Shown here piece after piece: positions 6,273-12,977 of a stretch of 34,741 nucleotides of DNA. Each line of letters starts with the position of its first letter. The first letter of the stretch is position 1. The notes beneath the pieces were generated by a model. The model saw nothing but the letters and a program-made list of their open reading frames with translations. It searched no databases and was not told the origin of the DNA. The translations under genes were made by a program, and so were the position numbers. Origin of the DNA: Phycisphaerae bacterium (lineage in GTDB: Bacteria > Planctomycetota > Phycisphaerae > UBA1845 > Fen-1342); assembly GCA_020058145.1 (NCBI GenBank), contig JAGVEP010000409.1:1-34741 (forward strand), in the 5' to 3' direction.

Positions 6273-8108
6273 TCAGGTCGGCCGAGTGATCCCGAGCTTC
6301 TTCAGGCGAGATTCGAGCGTGGAGGGCTTCAACCCCAAGACGGTCGCCGCCCCGTGCGGGCCGCTGACCCGCCAGCGCGCCGCCTCGAGCACGCGGAGGA
6401 TGTGTTGCCGCTCAACGTCGGCCAGCGTGAGCGCGGCGTTCTCCGGCGCGATCGGCTGCGGGACAGCGTTCGCGCGCGGCCATTCGCCCAGCTCAAGCGT
6501 CGGACCCGGGCTGAGAATGACCGCGCGCTCGATCACGTTCTGGAGTTCCCGGACGTTGCCGGGCCAGGTGTACGCACACAACGCCGCCATCGTTCGCGCG
6601 GGCACCGCGTCGATGCGTTTGCCCATTCGCCGGGCGAGGGCCACGGTGAAGTGGCGCGCCAGCAGCGGGATGTCGTCGGCCCGCTCGCGCAGCGGGGGCA
6701 CCCGGATGGGAAAGACGTTCAGGCGGTAGTACAGGGCGGCACGAAACCGCTGCTGGCCCAGCGCGGGGTCGAGGTCCTGGTTGGTGGCCGCGACGACGCG
6801 CACGTTGACGCGCAGCGTTTCCGTCCCGCCGACGCGCTCGAACTCGCCCTCCTGTAGCACGCGCAGCAGCTTGGGCTGGAGCTCGAGCGGCAGATCACCA
6901 ACCTCGTCGAGGAAGATCGTGCCGCCGTCGGCCATTTCGAAACGGCCGATTTTCCGGGCCAGCGCGCCGGTAAAGGCGCCCTTTTCGTGCCCGAACAGCT
7001 CACTCTCCACGAGACCGGCGGGCAGCGCGGCGCAATTGAGTTTCACCAGGATCGCGCCGCGGCGTGCGCTCTGGCCGTGGATAGCTTGCGCGACCAGTTC
7101 TTTGCCGGTGCCCGTTTCGCCGGTCACGAGGACGGTGGAGTCGGTCATCGCGACCTGGTCGATCATCTGCCGGACGTTCTGGATGGCCGGAGACTCACCG
7201 ACCATTTCGTCGTGGCTGCGGTGGGCCTTGATCTCCTCGTGGAGATAAAGGTTTTCGAGGTGCAGCTTACGGAGCTTTTGCTGGGCCTGCTGACGGTCGT
7301 TTACGTCGCGCAGGATGAGGGTCAACAGCCGCTGGGCGGCGAACTGAACCTGGGAGATGGTGGCCTCAATGGGGAAGGTCTCGCCGTCGGCCCGCAGCGC
7401 GCTCAATCCGGTCGGTACCCATACATACGGTTTCTTCACGCGGTTTTGCGCAAACGCCGTTCGACAACGCGTCAACATTTCGCGCAGGGCCGGCGGGGCA
7501 AAGCGGTCGAACGACTGCCCGATGGCGGCTGCGGCCGGGCAGCGGAAGACCTCCTCCGCGGCCGAGTTAAACAGGCGGACGATGCGCTGCTCGTCGATGG
7601 TCACGATGGCATCGAGCGCGGACGCGAGAATCAGCGCCAGCCGCTCTTCGCTCTCACGCAGCGCCTCCTCCGCCCGTTTGCGCTCCGTGATGTCGCGCGA
7701 GATCCCGATCAGCCCCACGATGCGGCCGGCCGTGTCGCGGTAGGGCGTCTTGGTCGACAGAAATACGCGCGGCTGCCCCGCAATGGGAAGCGTTACCTCG
7801 AAAGCGTGCGGCTCGCCGGACTGGAGTACCTCGCGGTCATGAGCGATGACTGCGGCGGCCGTCTCGGGCGGGAAAAAGGCGCGGTCATCCCGTCCCAGGA
7901 TCTCGTCCGCTCGGCGGCCAATGTAGCGGGCCCCCGCCGCGTTGATCGCCACGTAACGTCCGTCGAGGTCTTTGACAAAAACCGAGTCCGTGGTCCCGTC
8001 CAGAGCGGCGCGCAGCAGCCGCGGCTCCTCGCTGAAACCGGCGGAGCTCAGGCCCACTGCGGCTGTGTCGTTAGCCGGCGGCACATGTTCGTTTCCTGAC
8101 ACATTCAC
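6273..8108 (-). CDS. Sigma-54-dependent transcriptional activator (NtrC-family EBP) with two N-terminal PAS domains and a C-terminal Fis-type HTH
   Basis: 611 aa with a GTG start at 8108. Motifs: Walker A GETGTGKE, the [15 protein letters not shown] sigma-54 contact loop, the R-finger region, and the C-terminal [24 protein letters not shown]. Two PAS-like segments are present ([15 protein letters not shown]..., [16 protein letters not shown]...). Confidence 0.92.
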   Translation of the reverse strand: MNVSGNEHVPPANDTAAVGLSSAGFSEEPRLLRAALDGTTDSVFVKDLDGRYVAINAAGARYIGRRADEILGRDDRAFFPPETAAAVIAHDREVLQSGEPHAFEVTLPIAGQPRVFLSTKTPYRDTAGRIVGLIGISRDITERKRAEEALRESEERLALILASALDAIVTIDEQRIVRLFNSAAEEVFRCPAAAAIGQSFDRFAPPALREMLTRCRTAFAQNRVKKPYVWVPTGLSALRADGETFPIEATISQVQFAAQRLLTLILRDVNDRQQAQQKLRKLHLENLYLHEEIKAHRSHDEMVGESPAIQNVRQMIDQVAMTDSTVLVTGETGTGKELVAQAIHGQSARRGAILVKLNCAALPAGLVESELFGHEKGAFTGALARKIGRFEMADGGTIFLDEVGDLPLELQPKLLRVLQEGEFERVGGTETLRVNVRVVAATNQDLDPALGQQRFRAALYYRLNVFPIRVPPLRERADDIPLLARHFTVALARRMGKRIDAVPARTMAALCAYTWPGNVRELQNVIERAVILSPGPTLELGEWPRANAVPQPIAPENAALTLADVERQHILRVLEAARWRVSGPHGAATVLGLKPSTLESRLKKLGITRPT

Positions 8109-8120
8109 GCTGGTTCTCGC

Positions 8121-8993
8121 CTATCGGTCGCTGGACTCCGCCGTGAGCTCGAACCACTCCCCCTTCCGCCGAACGGACACCACCGGCGTTTCCAATTCGT
8201 GGTCGAAGGCGTACAGGCCGTCCCGTTCCGCGAGCCAGGTGAGCATTTGCTGTTTGGAGGCCCGGTTGTCGAGCGGGTACAGGTCGTAAGCCATGTTATA
8301 GGCGGCCCCGAGATGGTGTCGCGTGGGCATGAGGTCGCCGCCGAAAGCGAGCACGCGATCGCTGCCCTGCACGGCGATGGAGTGGTGTCCGCGGGTGTGT
8401 CCGGGCGTGGGGAGCGTGTGGATGCCCGGAGCGATTTCGGTGGCGCCCTCGATGACGCGCCAGGCATCGGCTGCACAGAGCGGCGAGTAGTTCTCCGCGC
8501 GATACGTGGCGGTCATGATGCCGAAGTTCGCGCAGGCGTCGTCGAGTTCGGGCTTGTGTACGTACACGCGGGCGTTCGGGAAGGTCAGTTTCAGTTGGCC
8601 ATCGGCGTTGTGGGTCAGCCCGCCGGCGTGATCGAAGTGCAGGTGCGAAACCACGACATCGGTGATCGACGCCGGGTCCACCCCCAGTGCCAGCAGGTTG
8701 GGCCGCAACCAGCAAGTGGGGTCGAGCGCGAAGATGTTCTGCTCTTTGGGGGTGTACTTTGAGCCGTGGCCGGTTTCGATCAGCACGCGGCGGTCGGTGC
8801 CCGGGCGCTCGACGAGCAGGCAGTTGCAAGCCAGCAGAATGCGATTCTGGTCGTCGGCGGGGTAGCTGCGGGACCAGAGCGCCTTGGGAATCAGGCCAAA
8901 CATGGCCCCGCCATCGAGCTTGAACTGGCCGCCGCTCACGAGGGTGACGGTGCAGTTGCCCAGGTCGTAGCGGGGCGGTGGGTTCGCCTGCAT
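8121..8993 (-). CDS. MBL-fold metallo-hydrolase
   Basis: Motifs include HLHFDHAGG (HxHxDH) and a later HTPGHTRGH. Start taken at ATG 8993 (MQANPPPRYDLGNCTVTLVSGG...). The ORF also opens at GTG 9032, so the start is uncertain. Confidence 0.8.
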   Translation of the reverse strand: MQANPPPRYDLGNCTVTLVSGGQFKLDGGAMFGLIPKALWSRSYPADDQNRILLACNCLLVERPGTDRRVLIETGHGSKYTPKEQNIFALDPTCWLRPNLLALGVDPASITDVVVSHLHFDHAGGLTHNADGQLKLTFPNARVYVHKPELDDACANFGIMTATYRAENYSPLCAADAWRVIEGATEIAPGIHTLPTPGHTRGHHSIAVQGSDRVLAFGGDLMPTRHHLGAAYNMAYDLYPLDNRASKQQMLTWLAERDGLYAFDHELETPVVSVRRKGEWFELTAESSDR

Positions 8994-9033
8994 AATGCTA
9001 ATGATATCCGACTGCCACGCTGGAGGACGCACT

Positions 9034-9570
9034 TTGACACTCGCGAAATCGCCGCTGGATATCCGCGGCCTGTGCCTCGATGTCGATGGTGTGCTGACCG
9101 ATGGGCGGCTGTCGTGGGACGACGCCGGCCACGGCGGCCGGCAGTTTCACGTACACGACGGGTTTGCGATTGACTGGTATCAGCGGCTCGGCGGCGTCGT
9201 GCTCATTTGCTCGGGCAAGACGTCGGAGGCCGTCGCCGCCCGGGCCCGCGAGCTGAAGATCCAGCACATGGTCCAGGGCAGCCGCGATAAGGTGCGCGAC
9301 GTGCAGGCCCTCATCGCGCCGCTGGGGCTGCGGCTCGACCAACTCGCGGTGATGGGCGATGACTTGCCAGACGTGCCGCTCATGAAGGTCTGCGGTTTTC
9401 CGATCGCCGTCGCGAACGCGGTCGATGAGGCCAAGGCCGCCGCACGGCTGGTGACGCGCCGGGCGGGGGGCGACGGGGCCGTGCGCGAGGCGCTCGAGCA
9501 CCTGCTGAGGCTGTCCGGGCAGTGGGCCGAGGTGCTGGCACACTACGGGATAGGTACCCAAGGAACGTAA
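9034..9570 (+). CDS. kdsC: 3-deoxy-D-manno-octulosonate-8-phosphate phosphatase (HAD superfamily, KdsC)
   Basis: Motifs LCLDVDGVLTDG (HAD motif I), FHVHDGFAI, SGKTS, GDDLPD and RRAGGDGAVRE follow the E. coli KdsC pattern. The ORF opens at ATG 8995, but GGAGGA (9022-9027) followed 6 nt later by in-frame TTG 9034 looks like the better start. Confidence 0.8.
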   Translation: MTLAKSPLDIRGLCLDVDGVLTDGRLSWDDAGHGGRQFHVHDGFAIDWYQRLGGVVLICSGKTSEAVAARARELKIQHMVQGSRDKVRDVQALIAPLGLRLDQLAVMGDDLPDVPLMKVCGFPIAVANAVDEAKAAARLVTRRAGGDGAVREALEHLLRLSGQWAEVLAHYGIGTQGT

Positions 9571-9660
9571 CGTCGGACTCGGAGGTCCGACGCTACTATG
9601 CCGTCGGACTCGGAGGTCCGACGCTACTATGCCGTCGGACTCGGAGGTCCGACGCTACTG
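9571..9660 (+). repeat. Three head-to-tail copies of a 31-bp unit carrying a hairpin core (CGTCGGAC-tcggag-GTCCGACG); REP-like element, family A
   Basis: The unit cgtcggactcggaggtccgacgctactatgc occurs at 9571-9601 and 9602-9632, and as cgtcggactcggaggtccgacgctactg at 9633-9660. The array starts 1 nt after the kdsC stop and ends 34 nt before ATG 9695. Confidence 0.9.
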
Positions 9661-9694
9661 GACGCGCCGCGCGCGTCAGGCGAGGATTACCCGT

Positions 9695-12600
9695 ATGGCG
9701 CGAAACATCGTCCTGGCTGTCGCCACGCTGGCGGTCCTGGTGCTCGTGTTCGTCGGGTATGGATTGCTCGTCGGCACGCCGGCCGCGGAACACGCCGACC
9801 GGCGGGGTACCGAGCCGGTCCCACGGCACGAGCCGCCCACAACCGCACCGCTGAAGGTCGGCGACATGCTGACCATCCCCGCGGGCGGCAAGATCATGTT
9901 CCGCCGCTATGACGACAAGACCGGCCGGCCGCGCGACATGTTCCTGTGCCGCGATTGGCAGCCGGTGCCCGGCTCGAAGAACGAGATCCGCGTCGCGCAG
10001 CCCGAGTTGGCCATTCGGCTGCCCAGCGGCATGATCGCCACGATCTCCGCCGAAGAGGGACAAATCACGGTCGATCGGCTGGAGGAATCGCAAATGCGGC
10101 CCAAGCTCGGCCGCCTGGCCGGCGACGTGCGGATGGTGGTGGACCGCGATACCGGACTTGACCGCTCGCCTAAAGAGGAACGGCCTGAGGACCTGATCAC
10201 GATCGCGGTGCCGCAACTGACGTTCGATCTCGAGATCGGGGAGCTTAAGACAGACGATCACATTACGGTCGTTTCTGACGACTTCGAGATCGCCGGCGCC
10301 GGCCTGCACCTCATCTGGAACCAGATGGCCAATCGGATTGAGACCTTGACCATCGAGCGCGGCGAGCAGTTCGTGCTCTACGGCGCCGCGGGGCTGTTCG
10401 GCCTGCAACCCGGTCGCGAAACGGGCGAGACCAGCACGTCTGAGCCCGCCACCGCCCCGGCGGAAAAAGCCAAGCACCGGCAGCCCAGACGACCGCCGCG
10501 CCCGGCGACGGCGTATGATTGCCTGCTTACCGGCGGGCTCGTGGCCGAGCAATACCACGGCAGCGAGCGGGTCGGCGGGCTGGACGCGGACGAGGTGCAC
10601 CTGCTGTTCGACGTGGGCGGTGCCAACCGGCTGGTCAGGGCCAAAACCCCCACGACCACGGCACTTGGCGCGCACGGCGCGTCCAGTAGCGTCGGACCTC
10701 CGAGTCCGACGAGCCGCCCGGCGCGCGAGGAGCGTGATCGGCTGGTCGTACACTGGACCGGCAAGCTGCAACTCGGTCCGACGGAACCGCCGGGTGCGGA
10801 CGAGCCGCCGCGCCGTCGCTTCGAGGCGGTGGGGAACCCGGTCGTGCTGACGCGCGGCGATGGCACGGTGCGCTGCACCAAGGTGGTTTACCACGACGAC
10901 ACGCGGCGTGTGTGGCTCTATCCGACCGCTGGCGGCACGGTCGAGTTCGGCATGGGAGCGAACCTGTCGGCGTCGGCGGAGAGCGTGTTCATCGACCGCA
11001 ATGCGCGGATCGCCAAGCTGATCGGCAACGTCGAGTTGCGCTCCCGCCACGGCGGGACCCCGGCGGCCCGCGTTTCGTCGATCCGTAGCTCTTACTGGGC
11101 GGAATTGCACTTGGCTGAGTCGGCGGCCACCGGCGAAGTTGCCGACAGCGGTGCGCTGGTGGACGTGGGGCGGCTCGAGTCGGCCACGTTTGTCGGCGAC
11201 GTCCAGGTGGTCCTGAACGAGCAACTGCTCACGGCGCACCGGCTCGACGTGACGTTCAAAGCCGACGCCGCCGGGCGGTCGTTCGAGGAATCGCTCGATG
11301 GCGCGACGGCGAGCGGCAACGTGGTCCTGACCAGCGGGAAGGGACGGCTGGAAAGTGGCGAACTGGACCTGGCCTTCGCGCTGGCGCCCGAGCGCGGTCT
11401 GTATCCACGCCGGATGGACGCCCGTGGCGACGTGGTCATTCACCGCGACCGGGCCAGCATTCGCGGCGAGCATATTTCGGCCGAGCTCGAGCCGCCGCCG
11501 GCCGAGTCCGCTGACAAGCAGGCCGCGTTCGTGATGCGTACGCTCAGCGTGCGCGGCGATGCGGAGCTGATCGACCCGGATAACAAGACGGCGGCACGTG
11601 GACAGGAGATTACCGCCGAGTTCGAGGGACTGAATCGGCTTGCCACCGCGACTGTGAGTGGCGACGAGTCGCAACCCGGCTTGGTACACGCCCGGCCCTA
11701 CACCGTCAGCGGGAGGAAGGTCGAATTGGACCGCGGCGCGCAGACCATACACGTGGACGGTCCGTCGCGCCTCGCGCTGCGCACGCAACGAAGCCTGCAG
11801 GGCGAGCGGCGCGGCCAGCCCGTGCCGGTGATCGTCACGAGCGACCGCCTGCTGCACATCGACGGCCGGCGAAACACCGTCCGCTTCGAAGGCAGCGTGG
11901 TGGCACGCAGCGAAGAAGAGGAGCTGCGCGGAGACACCCTGGCGCTGCTGCTGGAAGATGTCGCCGACACCGCCGCGCCGGAATCCCGGCCCGCGTGGCA
12001 GGAGGCCTGGCACCAGATGCGCCGGGCGCTCGGCGCGGCGGACAAGCAGCGCTCGTCCGACGACCTCTTCGCGCTGCAAGCGGAGGATGAGCGCGAGAAG
12101 CTGCGCAAGGAACCCGTCCGGCTGACCGCGGACAACGCCCTCGTCACCAGCGAGACGTTCGAGGCCGGCGACGAACAGCCCGTGATGCACGCCAGCATCT
12201 CCGCCCCGCGGCTCGAGGTCGATATCGTGAGCCGCGAGATCATCACCACCGGCCTGACCGACCTGCTGATGACCGATCGCCGCGGCGTGCAGGATGCGGA
12301 CGCCGCCCGCGACGCGCTCGGTGTGCCGACCGCGCTGCTCAGCCGCGGACCGAGCCAGTCGGCCATCCGCTGCACGGGCCGCATGAGTTACACGCTCGGG
12401 CCGGACGGTCCGGACCGCCGCGACACAGTGATATTCGAAAACCAGGTCGTGTTTGTACACCGCACGGGCAAGGAGATGGTCAACCTGGCCGAGATGCTGC
12501 CGCAGGTGACGCAGAAGCCGGAGCTCCTCGATGCGCTCAAGAGCCGCAACGCCGCGCTCGATTGCGACCGGCTCGAGTGCTGGTTTGCGGTCGATCAGAA

Positions 12601-12916
12601 CGATCACACTCCGCGGCGTGGCGGAGCGTTGACGCGGGCGCCTCTGCGGCTGGCGTCGATGCTGGCGTCGGGCAGCGTGTACTTGCGGGACCAACAGGAC
12701 CCGTTGATTCGCGAAGTCAACGCGGGCTGGCTCGAGTTCAGTCGGGAGCAGAGCCGGATTCACGTGCGCGGCACGCCAGGGGCGGACGCCCGCGTGTACT
12801 CCCAGGACAAGAAGACCGGGCTGTTCGACGTACACGCCGGGCCGCAGCTCGTCATCAACCTGGCGGACGGGACGATTCGGTCGGATCGGATTGAAGGGGA
12901 AATGCGGAGGAAGTAG
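9695..12916 (+). CDS. Large membrane-anchored periplasmic protein with multiple OstA/LptA/LptC-like beta-jellyroll repeats (candidate fused LptC-LptA bridge protein)
   Basis: ATG 9695 lies 8 nt after GAGGA. The N-terminal TM anchor reads MARNIVLAVATLAVLVLVFVGYGLLVG. G-[NDS]-V-hydrophobic strand motifs recur with the periodicity seen in OstA_N domains: AGDVRMVV, IGNVELRS, VGDVQVVL, SGNVVLTS, RGDVVIHR, RGDAELID, EGSVVARS, ENQVVFVH, SGSVYLRD. The gene sits immediately downstream of kdsC. The ORF-track start at 9629 lies inside the repeat array. Confidence 0.6.
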   Translation: MARNIVLAVATLAVLVLVFVGYGLLVGTPAAEHADRRGTEPVPRHEPPTTAPLKVGDMLTIPAGGKIMFRRYDDKTGRPRDMFLCRDWQPVPGSKNEIRVAQPELAIRLPSGMIATISAEEGQITVDRLEESQMRPKLGRLAGDVRMVVDRDTGLDRSPKEERPEDLITIAVPQLTFDLEIGELKTDDHITVVSDDFEIAGAGLHLIWNQMANRIETLTIERGEQFVLYGAAGLFGLQPGRETGETSTSEPATAPAEKAKHRQPRRPPRPATAYDCLLTGGLVAEQYHGSERVGGLDADEVHLLFDVGGANRLVRAKTPTTTALGAHGASSSVGPPSPTSRPAREERDRLVVHWTGKLQLGPTEPPGADEPPRRRFEAVGNPVVLTRGDGTVRCTKVVYHDDTRRVWLYPTAGGTVEFGMGANLSASAESVFIDRNARIAKLIGNVELRSRHGGTPAARVSSIRSSYWAELHLAESAATGEVADSGALVDVGRLESATFVGDVQVVLNEQLLTAHRLDVTFKADAAGRSFEESLDGATASGNVVLTSGKGRLESGELDLAFALAPERGLYPRRMDARGDVVIHRDRASIRGEHISAELEPPPAESADKQAAFVMRTLSVRGDAELIDPDNKTAARGQEITAEFEGLNRLATATVSGDESQPGLVHARPYTVSGRKVELDRGAQTIHVDGPSRLALRTQRSLQGERRGQPVPVIVTSDRLLHIDGRRNTVRFEGSVVARSEEEELRGDTLALLLEDVADTAAPESRPAWQEAWHQMRRALGAADKQRSSDDLFALQAEDEREKLRKEPVRLTADNALVTSETFEAGDEQPVMHASISAPRLEVDIVSREIITTGLTDLLMTDRRGVQDADAARDALGVPTALLSRGPSQSAIRCTGRMSYTLGPDGPDRRDTVIFENQVVFVHRTGKEMVNLAEMLPQVTQKPELLDALKSRNAALDCDRLECWFAVDQNDHTPRRGGALTRAPLRLASMLASGSVYLRDQQDPLIREVNAGWLEFSREQSRIHVRGTPGADARVYSQDKKTGLFDVHAGPQLVINLADGTIRSDRIEGEMRRK
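10664..10711 (-). repeat. Inverted copy of the family A element plus 20 nt of the 9661-9680 leader, embedded in frame inside the Lpt-like CDS
   Basis: 10664-10711 (cttggcgcgcacggcgcgtccagtagcgtcggacctccgagtccgacg) equals the reverse complement of 9633-9680 at 45/48 positions. It is translated as LGAHGASSSVGPPSPT. Confidence 0.9.
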
Positions 12917-12944
12917 CGAGTGGCGAATAGCGAGTAGCGAGTTG
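12913..12944 (+). repeat. Tandem ~7-bp TAGCGAG-type repeats (about 4 units) just downstream of the argS stop, overlapping the stop codon of the Lpt-like gene
   Basis: The sequence gTAGCGAGtgGCGAATAGCGAGTAGCGAGttg is present. The 21-nt core at 12923-12943 recurs at 14926-14946 (20/21). Confidence 0.75.
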
Positions 12945-12955
12945 CTCCAACTCGC
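12937..12955. terminator. Small hairpin between the convergent Lpt-like gene and argS
   Basis: GCGAGTTG-ctc-CAACTCGC forms an 8-bp perfect stem. The loop is only 3 nt and there is no U-tract, so terminator function is uncertain. Confidence 0.3.
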
Positions 12956-12977
12956 CGCAGCGATTCGTGACTCGTCG

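Noticed and set aside
9571-9660. Possible CRISPR array (regular 31-bp periodic repeat)
   Set aside because: The units abut each other with no spacers, there are only three copies, and no cas genes are present. This is a tandem REP-like array, not a CRISPR array.
9596-12835. 1079-aa antisense ORF opposite the Lpt-like gene, plus other long antisense ORFs (3502..5118 +, 15738..17078 -, 22664..24058 -, 31212..32372 -)
   Set aside because: This ORF lies in the exact codon-complementary register of the sense gene, and the other antisense ORFs listed lie opposite well-supported genes. In that register, stop codons would require rare TTA/CTA/TCA sense codons in a high-GC genome. Their translations are Arg/Ala/Gly/Pro/His-rich with no recognisable motifs, whereas the opposite strands carry strong family motifs.
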